Assembly (NCBI GenBank): GCA_023451265.1 | Contig: JAEYAG010000059.1 | Location: 1,189 to 65,188 of the forward strand | Direction: 5' to 3' | DNA from: Actinomycetes bacterium | Lineage (GTDB): Bacteria; Actinomycetota; Actinomycetes; Actinomycetales; Microbacteriaceae | DNA length: 64,000 nt | Shown: positions 39,275 to 47,864 of the stretch, piece after piece | How positions within the stretch are numbered: position 1 is the stretch's first letter | Layout of the letters: each line of letters begins with the position of its first letter | The notes under the pieces: generated by a model | What the model was told of the DNA's origin: nothing | Database searches by the model: none | The model's input: only the letters and a program-made list of their open reading frames with translations | Position numbers and translations under genes: made by a program

Positions 39275-40519
39275 TCAGCGGCGTTCGAGTACGAAGCGCG
39301 GGCGTCCGGCGAAGAAGCCCGTGACGGTGAGCAGCACCAGTACGACCAGCAGCAGCGCGAGCGACGCGGTCCAGCCGCCGGTGAGTGAGTGCAGGGAGCC
39401 GAAGGCGATGGGTCCGAGCGCGGCGATCAGATAGCCCACCGACTGCGACATGCCCGACAGGGCGCTGGACGCGTCGTGGTCGCGGGCGCGCTGCGCCATC
39501 AGGGTCAGTGACATGCCGAGGGTGGACCCCGAGGACAGGCCGAGCAGCACGGCCCAGAGCGTGATGGCCGCAGGAGCCGCCATGAGGCCGATCGTGCCGA
39601 CGATCGCCAGCGCCGGGATGAGCGCGGGGATGTAGCGCTCGACGCGGCCGCGCAGCAGGAACGGCAGCGTCGTCGCCCCCGCCAGCGACATGAGCTGGTA
39701 GACCATGACGTCGATGCCGGCGACGACCTCCGAGCGTCCGGTCGACATCGAGATCGCCGCGAGCCACGTCACGAGCATGTAGAACATCGCCGACTGGAAG
39801 CCCATGTAGGCGGCGACCAGCCACGCCACCGGGTCTGTCCAGATGCCGGTGCGACCGCGGTGCGTCGACGAACGGACGTGCACATGGCGTGGGCCGCGGT
39901 GGGTCAGCCACCACGCCAGGATCGCGAGAGGCAGCAGGGCGGCGCCGGTGGCCAGCAGCGCCACCCGCCAGCCGGCCGGGTCGCCGCCCACGTCGAGGTG
40001 CGAGATCGGCACGACGACGCCCGACGAGATCGCGCCGAAGCCGCCGAGCAGGGCTGTGTACATCGCGGTGACCAGGGCCACCCGGCCGGGGAACTCGCGC
40101 TTGACCACGGCGGGCATGAGCACGTTGATAACCGCGATCCCGAGGCCGATGACGGCTGTCCCGAGCCACAGCCAGACCACCTGGCCGAGGCCGTCGCCCA
40201 CGCCGGGCAGCGACCGGACGACTGTGCCCGCGAGCAGGACGAGGAGCGAGCCCAGCAGCACGCGCGGTTGCCCGAACCGCCGGCTCAGCGTGTGCGCGAG
40301 GGGTGAGAACCGCGCCCACGCCACCAGCGGCACGGCCGCGAGCACGCCCAGCGCGTCGATCGACATCCCTGTGTCCGCGCCGATCTGGTCCAGCAGCGGC
40401 CCGAGCCCGGTGATGGCCGGCCGCATGTTCGCCGCGACCAGGCACACCGCGACCACCAGCATCGCGACCGCGGCGCCGCGCGCCGGCGGCGGAGGTGTCG
40501 TCCGCGACGGTGAGGCCAT
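39275..40519 (-). CDS. MFS transporter (CynX/cyanate-permease-like subfamily)
   Basis: ORF 39275..40723 trimmed to ATG 40519 (MASPSRTT...). Twelve helices. The ORF part upstream of 40519 runs through a 76-bp tandem repeat and is not periodic in frame. Confidence 0.8.
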   Translation of the reverse strand: MASPSRTTPPPPARGAAVAMLVVAVCLVAANMRPAITGLGPLLDQIGADTGMSIDALGVLAAVPLVAWARFSPLAHTLSRRFGQPRVLLGSLLVLLAGTVVRSLPGVGDGLGQVVWLWLGTAVIGLGIAVINVLMPAVVKREFPGRVALVTAMYTALLGGFGAISSGVVVPISHLDVGGDPAGWRVALLATGAALLPLAILAWWLTHRGPRHVHVRSSTHRGRTGIWTDPVAWLVAAYMGFQSAMFYMLVTWLAAISMSTGRSEVVAGIDVMVYQLMSLAGATTLPFLLRGRVERYIPALIPALAIVGTIGLMAAPAAITLWAVLLGLSSGSTLGMSLTLMAQRARDHDASSALSGMSQSVGYLIAALGPIAFGSLHSLTGGWTASLALLLVVLVLLTVTGFFAGRPRFVLERR

Positions 40520-40544
40520 GAGTACGGACGATATCCCAGCCGCG

Positions 40545-40800
40545 CACAAAGCCCGCATCGCCGCAGCCCCACTCACCGGGTGTGTGACCCGGAACTCACA
40601 TGGACTGCGAGGGGGATGCCAGCTCCGCGGCGATGCTGAGCGTCCAACCCTCCGGGTGTGTGCCTCGGAACTCACATGGACTGCGAGGGGGATGCCGGCC
40701 CCGCGGCGATGCTGAGCGTCCACTCCCCCCGGGCGTGTGACCCGGAACTCACGCAGCCTGCGACGGGGATGCCGGTCCGCCGCGGATCAGCGCCGTCAGG
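40545..40800. repeat. 76-77-bp tandem repeat, about 3.3 copies, non-coding
   Basis: Units start at 40578, 40654 and 40731 (GGGTGTGTGACCCGGAACTCACATGGACTGCGAGGGGGATGCC...GCGATGCTGAGCGTCC...), with a partial unit before 40578. Confidence 0.85.
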
Positions 40801-41980
40801 CGAGGCCCTCCAGCGGCCACCCGGTGTACGCCTCGGCGAGATAGCGGCGGCCGGCCTCCGACTCGACGACCGAGCGCAGCTCACCCAGCTGGCGCTGCCG
40901 GTCGAAGTCCGACGCGTCGGGCGCGACGTGCAGCATGTTCGTCATCCACCACGAGAAGTGCTGCGCCTTCCAGATGCGGCGCGACGCCGTCTCCGGGAAC
41001 GCCTCGATCAGGCGCGCGTCGCCGTCGAGCAGCAGGGCGCGCAGCGCCTGTTCGAGCACGACGACGTCGGCGACGGCCAGGTTCATGCCCTTCGCTCCGG
41101 TCGGCGGCACCGTGTGGGCGGCATCGCCGATGAGCGCCGCACGACCGTGCAGCAGCTCGTGGGCGACGAAGCTGCGGAAACGCAACACGTCGCGCTGGAA
41201 GATCGGCCCCTCCTTGAGCGTCGTGCCCGGCACGCGGGACTGCAGCTCGTGCCACAGCTGCTCCTCGCTCAGCGCGTCCGGATCCGCCTCCGGGTCGCAC
41301 TGGAAGTACATGCGCTGCACCGTCGCACTGCGCTGGCTGATCAGCGCGAAGCCGTGGGGGGAGTTGCTGTAGATGAGCTCGTGCGCGCTCGGCGGCGCCT
41401 CGGTGAGGATGCCGAACCACGCGAACGGGTACTCGCGGAAGAACCCGCCGGTGCGCGATCCCGTCACCGCCTCGCGCACCACGCTGTGGGACCCGTCGGC
41501 ACCCACCACGAACTCGGCCTCGATCACGACCTCATCGCCGTCGGGGCCGGTCGCGATGACACGTGGCAGATCCGTCTCGACCCCTTCGACGCGCACCGCC
41601 GTCACGCCGAAGCGGAGGTCCTGGCCCTTGGCCAGCCGCACGGCGATGAGATCCTTCAACACCTCGTGCTGCGGGTAGAGGTACACGCCGCGGCCGACGA
41701 GGTCGGCGAAGTCGATGCGATGGCCGGCGCCGGCGAACCGCAACTCGATACCGTCGTGGCGCTGGCCGACCGTGCGCACACGCGAGGACGCCCCGGACTG
41801 GTCGAGGATCTCGACGGTGCCCTGCTCGAGGATGCCGGCGCGGATCGTCGTCTCGATCTGTTCGCGCATGCGCTGGTCGATGACGACGGAGTCGATGCCG
41901 GCGATGCCCAGCAGATGCGCCAGCAGCAGGCCGGCCGGGCCGGCGCCGACGATCGCGACACGGGTGCGGGTGGTGGTCAT
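40796..41980 (-). CDS. pobA: 4-hydroxybenzoate 3-monooxygenase
   Basis: ORF 40796..41980. VAIVGAGPAGLLLAHLL, GADGSHS, and a C-terminal block like PobA. GAAGGAG SD. Confidence 0.9.
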   Translation of the reverse strand: MTTTRTRVAIVGAGPAGLLLAHLLGIAGIDSVVIDQRMREQIETTIRAGILEQGTVEILDQSGASSRVRTVGQRHDGIELRFAGAGHRIDFADLVGRGVYLYPQHEVLKDLIAVRLAKGQDLRFGVTAVRVEGVETDLPRVIATGPDGDEVVIEAEFVVGADGSHSVVREAVTGSRTGGFFREYPFAWFGILTEAPPSAHELIYSNSPHGFALISQRSATVQRMYFQCDPEADPDALSEEQLWHELQSRVPGTTLKEGPIFQRDVLRFRSFVAHELLHGRAALIGDAAHTVPPTGAKGMNLAVADVVVLEQALRALLLDGDARLIEAFPETASRRIWKAQHFSWWMTNMLHVAPDASDFDRQRQLGELRSVVESEAGRRYLAEAYTGWPLEGLA

Positions 41981-42102
41981 GACGTCTCCTTCGACGTGAA
42001 GTCTCGTGCGCCCCTAGTGTGCCGCGCCGTCGGCGAACTAGGCTGAGATCCCTGTTCAATGGGAAACGATGGAAGCGAGAGACGCGGCCGTGCCGTCGAG
42101 TG

Positions 42103-42855
42103 TCAGCGGCGCGCGGTGCGCAATGCGGCTTCGACGCCTCCCGCAGCCTCCCGCAGTGCCGCGATCGCCGCAGCCGGATCCGCGTCCCGCGGCAGCACGA
42201 CCGACAGGGCCGCCACCACCTCGCCGGCGTCGCGCACCGGCACAGCCACCCCCGTCGACACGGTCTCGATCGACCCCGGGGCGACGGTGACGCCGCTGCG
42301 CCGGATGTCGGTGAGCACGCGACGGAGCCGGCCGGCATCCGTCACCGTCTCGGGGGAGACCGCACGCAGCGGCCCGGCCAGGATCCGCTCGCGGAGCGCT
42401 GCCGAGGCGAAGGCGAGCAGCACAAGCCCCGAAGACGACGCGTGCAGGGGGAGCCGTCCGGCGATGCGGGTGATGTTGGCGCCCGCCTCGGGGTGCGACA
42501 GCCGCTCGAGGAACAGAGCCTCATCCTGCTCGAGCACCGCGAGCTGGGTGTGCTCGCGCACGACGGCCTGCACCTGCTCCATGAACGGCAGGGCAGCCTG
42601 CCGCAGCCGCAGCGCCGTCGAGCCGCGCAGGGCCAGCTCCCACAGACGCATCCCCAGATGCACCCGACGGTCCTGGTCGCGTTCGAGCAGCCCGGCGGCG
42701 ACCAGTTCGTCGACGATGCGGTGCGCCGTCGACGACGGCAGTCCGGCGTGCCGTCCGATCTCGGAAGCGGTCTGCATCGTCCGGTCGGCGGTGAACGTCT
42801 CGAGCACCCGCACGATGCGGTCGGTCATCGAGTCGCCGGAGGGCGAGTTGGCCAT
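42103..42855 (-). CDS. IclR family transcriptional regulator (PobR-like by position)
   Basis: ORF 42103..42855. N-terminal HTH ASEIGRHAGLPSSTAHRIVDELV plus a C-terminal IclR effector domain. Confidence 0.85.
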   Translation of the reverse strand: MANSPSGDSMTDRIVRVLETFTADRTMQTASEIGRHAGLPSSTAHRIVDELVAAGLLERDQDRRVHLGMRLWELALRGSTALRLRQAALPFMEQVQAVVREHTQLAVLEQDEALFLERLSHPEAGANITRIAGRLPLHASSSGLVLLAFASAALRERILAGPLRAVSPETVTDAGRLRRVLTDIRRSGVTVAPGSIETVSTGVAVPVRDAGEVVAALSVVLPRDADPAAAIAALREAAGGVEAALRTARR

Positions 42856-42904
42856 GCGCCCACTGTCTCATGGGCCGCGGCCGGTAACCTCACAGGCAGG
42901 AGGG

Positions 42905-43666
42905 ATGATGGCCGACGGTGAGGGTGTGCTCGAACGCGTGCTGCGCGTGCTGGGCTGTTTCTCCGAAGACGAGCCGGCGGTCGCCGCCGCCGCTCTCGCC
43001 CACCGCACGGGCCTGGCCTCGTCGACGCTGCACCGGCTGCTGGCAACCCTCGTCGCCGAAGGACTGCTCACGCGCGGCCCCGGACACACCTATGCGGTCG
43101 GCTCGCGGCTGTGGGAGCTCGGGGAGCTGTCCCCCCTGTCGCTGCGACTGCGTGAGACCGCACTGCCGCACATGGTGCGCCTGTACGAAGCCACCGGCGA
43201 GAACGTCCACCTCGCCGTGCTCGACGGCCCCACCCCCGAGACCTCCAGCGCCCTGTTCGTGGGGCGCCTCACCGGTCGGCAGTCCATTCCGACCCTCAGC
43301 CGCATGGGCGGGCGCAACCCCCTGCATGTCACAGGCGTCGGCAAGGCGCTGCTGGCCGAGCGCGACGAAGACTGGCTCGCCCGGTACTTCCGCGCGCCGC
43401 TCGAGCGCGAGACCGTGCACTCGATCACCTCCGAGACCCGCCTGCGCGCCGAACTGGCCCGCGCCCGCACGCTCGGCTACGCGACCACGCGCGAGGAGAT
43501 GACCCTGGGCAACGTGTCGGTCGCCGCGGCGGTGGGGCGCGTCGACGGCCTGCCGCCAGCGGCCATCGGCCTGGTCGTCCACCTCGAGCGCGCCGACGAG
43601 CGGCGCCTGGCCCCCCTGGTCGTGCAGGCCGCCAAGGAACTGCATCACGAGCTGCGGACCGCCTGA
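42905..43666 (+). CDS. IclR family transcriptional regulator
   Basis: ORF 42059..43666 trimmed to ATG 42905 (or 42908), just after AGGAGG. HTH LAHRTGLASSTLHRLLATLV. Confidence 0.85.
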   Translation: MMADGEGVLERVLRVLGCFSEDEPAVAAAALAHRTGLASSTLHRLLATLVAEGLLTRGPGHTYAVGSRLWELGELSPLSLRLRETALPHMVRLYEATGENVHLAVLDGPTPETSSALFVGRLTGRQSIPTLSRMGGRNPLHVTGVGKALLAERDEDWLARYFRAPLERETVHSITSETRLRAELARARTLGYATTREEMTLGNVSVAAAVGRVDGLPPAAIGLVVHLERADERRLAPLVVQAAKELHHELRTA

Positions 43667-43689
43667 GCGGCCGCGCCCACCGGCATCCG

Positions 43690-43706
43690 TTCTCACTGAA
43701 TGAGAA
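43690..43706. promoter_or_regulatory. Inverted repeat TTCTCA-N5-TGAGAA upstream of pcaH
   Basis: TTCTCACTGAATGAGAA lies 74 bp before the pcaH ATG, in an otherwise GC-rich spacer. Confidence 0.45.
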
Positions 43707-43779
43707 TCAGACATGCGGGTCGCCGCGTCGGGTGCGAACCTGGACGCGACCCGTCTGTCCGGGTGTCGAAGGAGACCTC

Positions 43780-44643
43780 ATGACCCAGCCTGAACAAGGT
43801 TCGGAAGCGTTCTCGTCGTCGGTGATCATCGACCAGACCCAGACCGTGGCCGCGCCCGAGACCCTCCTCGCGTCGGCCGACATGCCGCCGCAGTCGCAGA
43901 TCACGCAGGAGATCATCGACCTGCACGCCGAGGCCAACGCCCGTGAAGAGGCGGGGGAGTCGGTGCCCTCGACGCTGTACGACTTCCCGCCGTACCGCTC
44001 CAGCATCCTGCGCCACCCGACGAAGAACCCGCGCCTGGTCGACCCCGAGTCGATCGAGCTGTGGTCGCCGGCGTACGGCCAGCGCGATGTGGCCGCGATC
44101 GAGGCCGACCTCACCTTGCAGCACAGCGGCGAGCCGCAGGGCGAACGCATCACCGTCGAGGGCCGGCTGCTCGACTCATGGGGCCGCCCGCTGCGCAACC
44201 AGCTCGTGGAGATCTGGCAGGCCAACGCCGCCGGCCGGTACATCCACCAGCGCGACCAGCACCCCGCGCCGCTGGACCCGAACTTCACCGGCGCCGGCCG
44301 CATCGTCACCAACGACAACGGCGAGTACAAGTTCACGACCATCAAGCCCGGCCCCTACCCGTGGAAGAACCACATCAACGCGTGGCGGCCGGCGCACATC
44401 CACTTCTCGCTGTTCGGCACCGGGTTCACCCAGCGCATCGTCACCCAGATGTACTTCCCGGGCGACCCGCTGTTCGCCCTCGACCCGATCTACAACACCA
44501 TCCGGCGCCAGCGCGACCGGGATGCCCTGATCGCGACCTACGACCACGACCTGACGGTGCCCGAGTTCTCGATGGGCTACCGCTGGGACATCGTCGTCGA
44601 CGGTCCCGATGCCACCTGGTTCGAGCCCGAGGGAGAGCACTGA
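43780..44643 (+). CDS. pcaH: Protocatechuate 3,4-dioxygenase beta subunit
   Basis: ORF 43732..44643 trimmed to ATG 43780 (GAAGGAG SD). EIWQANAAGRYIH, RPAHIHFSLFG. The N-terminus is longer than I expect for the family. Confidence 0.9.
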   Translation: MTQPEQGSEAFSSSVIIDQTQTVAAPETLLASADMPPQSQITQEIIDLHAEANAREEAGESVPSTLYDFPPYRSSILRHPTKNPRLVDPESIELWSPAYGQRDVAAIEADLTLQHSGEPQGERITVEGRLLDSWGRPLRNQLVEIWQANAAGRYIHQRDQHPAPLDPNFTGAGRIVTNDNGEYKFTTIKPGPYPWKNHINAWRPAHIHFSLFGTGFTQRIVTQMYFPGDPLFALDPIYNTIRRQRDRDALIATYDHDLTVPEFSMGYRWDIVVDGPDATWFEPEGEH

Positions 44644-45221
44644 TGGCTGCCCAGCCCCCCGCCGCGTGGGGTCCCAAGACCCACGCCCCGACCGCCGGTC
44701 AGACCGTCGGCCCGTTCTTCGCGTTCGGCACCGAGTTCGACCGTATGAACGAGATCGCCTTCCCGCACAGCCCCGGCGCTATCGTCGTCGGCGGCACTGT
44801 GTACGACGGGGCCGGCAACCCGATCCCCGACTCGATCATCGAGATCTGGGGCGCCGACACCGACGGCACGATCTCCCGTGCCCGCGGCTCGCTCAAGCGC
44901 GACGGGCACACCTTCACCGGGTTCGGCCGCACATTCACGACCGACGAGGGTCACTACGAGTTCTGGACCCGCAACCCGGGTGCCGAGCCGGGCAAGGCGC
45001 CGTTCTTCGCCGCGATCGTTTATGCCCGGGGTCTGCCGAACAAGCTGCACACGCGCATCTACCTGCCCGACAACGAGGAGCTTCTGGCGGTCGACCCGCT
45101 GCTGTCCTCGCTCGACGCCGACGAGCGCGCTACGCTCATCGCGACGCGCACCCCCGAGGGGTACCTGCAGCACGACTTCCACCTGCAGGGCGAGAAGGAG
45201 ACCGTCTTCCTTGCATTCTGA
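44643..45221 (+). CDS. pcaG: Protocatechuate 3,4-dioxygenase alpha subunit
   Basis: Own start call: ATG 44643 overlaps the pcaH stop (TGATG). TAGQTVGPFF, IEIWGAD, YARGLPNKLHTRIYLPD. Confidence 0.9.
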   Translation: MAAQPPAAWGPKTHAPTAGQTVGPFFAFGTEFDRMNEIAFPHSPGAIVVGGTVYDGAGNPIPDSIIEIWGADTDGTISRARGSLKRDGHTFTGFGRTFTTDEGHYEFWTRNPGAEPGKAPFFAAIVYARGLPNKLHTRIYLPDNEELLAVDPLLSSLDADERATLIATRTPEGYLQHDFHLQGEKETVFLAF

Positions 45222-46680
45222 GGCACGTGGTGGCAGCTCGATCGATGTCGGGCTGCTCTCACCCGTGACCGTCGGGCGCGACGCGGTCGTGTCGGATGCC
45301 GCCGTGCGCGACGCCCTCGTGGCCGCCGAGGTGGCGCTGACCCGCGCGGGTGCGCGGGTGGGGATGGTGCCGGATGCCGCGGCCGAGGCCATCGCGGCCG
45401 TCGCCGATCCTGCCGCGATCGACCTCGACGCGCTCGCGGCCGCCGCGGTCGCCGGCGGCAACCCGGTCATCCCACTGGTGAAGCTGCTGAAGGCGCAGAT
45501 GCCCGACCCGGCCCGTGCATGGGTGCACCGGGGCGCGACGAGTCAGGACATCCTCGACACCGCGCTCATGCTCCTCGCGCGCCGCGCCGCCGTCGAAGTG
45601 CTGGCCTCGCTCGCGGCCGTCGACGTCACCCTGACGGCCTTCGCGGCCGCGCACCGGGACGAAGTGGCCGCTGCGCGCACCCTGACCCAGCACGCCGTGC
45701 CCACCACGATCGGTCTGCGCGCCACGACCTGGCTGCGCGGGGTGCGCCGGGCGGCCGACCGCCTCGCCGACGCGCGCGACCAGCTGCCCGCACAGCTGGG
45801 GGGAGCCGCCGGCACCCTCGCCTCGTTCACCGAGCTGGGCGGGGTCGACGCCGCGGCCGCACTGCCGGCGGCCTTCGCCGAGGAGCTGGGCCTGGCGGTG
45901 CCGGAGGCGCCGTGGCACACCACCCGGTGGCCGGTCACCGAGCTGGGTGATGCGCTCGTGCAGGCCATCGGCGCCCTCGGTGTCATCGCCGGCGACGTCG
46001 CGACCGGCAGCCGCACCGAGATCGGCGAACTCGCCGAAGGCACCGGCGGCGGATCGTCGGCGATGCCGCAGAAGCAGAACCCGGCGGCATCCGTGCTGAT
46101 CCGCTCGGCCGCGCTGCGGGCACCACACCTGGGCGCGACACTGCACTCGGCCGCGGCCCTCGCCGTCGACGAACGACCCGACGGCGCCTGGCACGCCGAA
46201 TGGCCCACGCTGCGCGAGCTGCTGCGGCTCGCGCTCGGCGCCTCCGCGCACGCGGCCACACTGGTGGCCGGGCTCCGGGTCGACAGCGGCGCCGTCGCCC
46301 GCACCCTCGCCGTCACCGGGGGGCTCCTTGTCGCTGAACGACTCTCGATCGTGCTCGGCCCCGTGCTCGGCTTCGACCGCGTGTCGGCCCTGGTGGCCGA
46401 GGCCGCCGCCGGCGGCGATCTCGCCGCCGCGCTGACCAGTGACCCCGACGTCGCCGCCTTCGCGCGCGGGCGCGACCTCGACCCCGCGGCGTTCGTCACC
46501 GACCTGCTCGACCCCGCCCGCTACACCGGCCTGGCCGGCCGGCTCGTCGACGACGCCGTCGGCTCCGGGGCGACCGGTGACGGCGCGGGCGGATCCGACC
46601 TCGCCGACCTCGTCCGCGCGGCGGGCTCCTCGCCCGCAGACGCTTCACCCCCGGACCCCGACCCGAAGGAGACCGCGTGA
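45211..46680 (+). CDS. pcaB: 3-carboxy-cis,cis-muconate cycloisomerase
   Basis: ORF 44878..46680. GGGSSAMPQKQNP fumarate-lyase signature. Start set to TTG 45211 (GAAGGAG 10 nt upstream) because the conserved GLLSPV lies before the first GTG (45265); the start is uncertain. Confidence 0.8.
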   Translation: MHSEARGGSSIDVGLLSPVTVGRDAVVSDAAVRDALVAAEVALTRAGARVGMVPDAAAEAIAAVADPAAIDLDALAAAAVAGGNPVIPLVKLLKAQMPDPARAWVHRGATSQDILDTALMLLARRAAVEVLASLAAVDVTLTAFAAAHRDEVAAARTLTQHAVPTTIGLRATTWLRGVRRAADRLADARDQLPAQLGGAAGTLASFTELGGVDAAAALPAAFAEELGLAVPEAPWHTTRWPVTELGDALVQAIGALGVIAGDVATGSRTEIGELAEGTGGGSSAMPQKQNPAASVLIRSAALRAPHLGATLHSAAALAVDERPDGAWHAEWPTLRELLRLALGASAHAATLVAGLRVDSGAVARTLAVTGGLLVAERLSIVLGPVLGFDRVSALVAEAAAGGDLAAALTSDPDVAAFARGRDLDPAAFVTDLLDPARYTGLAGRLVDDAVGSGATGDGAGGSDLADLVRAAGSSPADASPPDPDPKETA

Positions 46681-47453
46681 CCATCGCCGCCATCTCGCTC
46701 GCCGAGCCCGTCGGCCCCGACGGCGCCCCGCTGCTGGTCCTCGGCCCGTCGCTGGGCACGTCCACGCTGCTGTGGTCGACGACCATCCCGGCCCTCGCCG
46801 AGCGGTACCGCGTCATCGCGTGGGATCTGCCCGGCCACGGTGCCGCGCCCGCCGCGACCGCGGGCTTCACCGTGGGGGAGCTCGCCGACGCCGTGGCATC
46901 CGCCGTCGACGCGCCGTTCCTCTACGCCGGCGTCTCGCTCGGCGGCAGCGTCGGACTCGAGCTGCTGGTGCGCCACCCGGACCGGGTGCGCGCCGCCGCG
47001 ATCGTGTGCTCAGGCGCTGCGATCGGCGAACCCGAGGCCTGGCACGAGCGCGCGGCACAGGTGCGCGCGCAGAGCACGTCGACACTCATCGCCGGCTCGG
47101 CGCAGCGGTGGTTCGCTCCGGGCTCGATCGAGCGCAACCCCGACATCACCGGCCGGCTGCTGCACGCGCTGCAGGACGCCGACGACGAGTCGTACGCGCT
47201 GTGCTGCGAAGCGCTCGCGACCTTCGACGTGCGCGACCGACTCGGTGAGATCGCCGTGCCGGTGCTGGCGGTGTGGGGTGCCTACGACGGCGTGACCCCG
47301 GAGACGTCGGCGGTCGAGATCGCCGAAGGCGTCCAGCGCGGCCGCGCCGTCGGCATCCCGAACGCGTCGCATCTGGCGCCGGCCGACGACCCGGTCGCGA
47401 CCGCCGCCGCCCTGCGCGACTTCTTCGACCCGGTCGTGGGAGGCGCCGCGTGA
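46677..47453 (+). CDS. pcaD: 3-oxoadipate enol-lactonase (alpha/beta hydrolase)
   Basis: ORF 46677..47453. The GTG overlaps the pcaB stop (GTGA). GVSLGG nucleophile elbow and a C-terminal NASHLAP His region. Confidence 0.85.
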   Translation: MTIAAISLAEPVGPDGAPLLVLGPSLGTSTLLWSTTIPALAERYRVIAWDLPGHGAAPAATAGFTVGELADAVASAVDAPFLYAGVSLGGSVGLELLVRHPDRVRAAAIVCSGAAIGEPEAWHERAAQVRAQSTSTLIAGSAQRWFAPGSIERNPDITGRLLHALQDADDESYALCCEALATFDVRDRLGEIAVPVLAVWGAYDGVTPETSAVEIAEGVQRGRAVGIPNASHLAPADDPVATAAALRDFFDPVVGGAA

Positions 47454-47851
47454 CCCGCCCGGCCGGGGAGGGCCTGAGCGATCAGGAGCGCTACGACCAG
47501 GGGATGACGGTGCGCCGTGAGGTGCTGTCCGACGCGCACGTCGACCGGTCGATCGCCAACACGACCGAGCTGACCGCCGACTTCCAGGACTTCATCACCC
47601 GCGTGGCGTGGGGCGACGTGTGGTCACGGCCGGGGCTCGATCGCCGGTCGCGGTCGGTCGCGGTGCTGTCGTCGCTGATCGCGCTCGGTCACCACGGGGA
47701 GCTGGCGATGCACCTGCGCGCCGCCCGCCGCAACGGCCTGACGCTCGACGAGGTCAAGGAAGTCATCCTGCAGTCCGCGATCTACGCGGGTGTGCCCGCC
47801 GCCAACACCGCGTTCCGCATCGCCGCCGAGGTCTTCGCCGCCGACCAGTAG
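47450..47851 (+). CDS. pcaC: 4-carboxymuconolactone decarboxylase
   Basis: ORF 47273..47851 trimmed to GTG 47450, which overlaps the pcaD stop (GTGA). Carboxymuconolactone-decarboxylase blocks VAWGDVWSRPGLDRRSRS and AIYAGVPAANTA. Confidence 0.85.
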   Translation: MTRPAGEGLSDQERYDQGMTVRREVLSDAHVDRSIANTTELTADFQDFITRVAWGDVWSRPGLDRRSRSVAVLSSLIALGHHGELAMHLRAARRNGLTLDEVKEVILQSAIYAGVPAANTAFRIAAEVFAADQ

Positions 47852-47864
47852 CCCGCGGCGCGGG

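Noticed and set aside
40545-40800. Tandem arrays at 40545-40800 and 62138-62253 as possible CRISPR arrays.
   Set aside because: The repeats are directly adjacent or overlapping with no unique spacers. The unit lengths and degeneracy do not fit. No cas genes are present in the window.
43780-43990. The longer-than-usual N-terminus of PcaH (about 70 residues before the YRSSILRHP block) as a novel domain.
   Set aside because: The segment is low-complexity and acidic/Gln-rich. An internal Met (MPPQSQ...) could be the real start, although the strong GAAGGAG favours 43780. There is not enough evidence to call this a feature.
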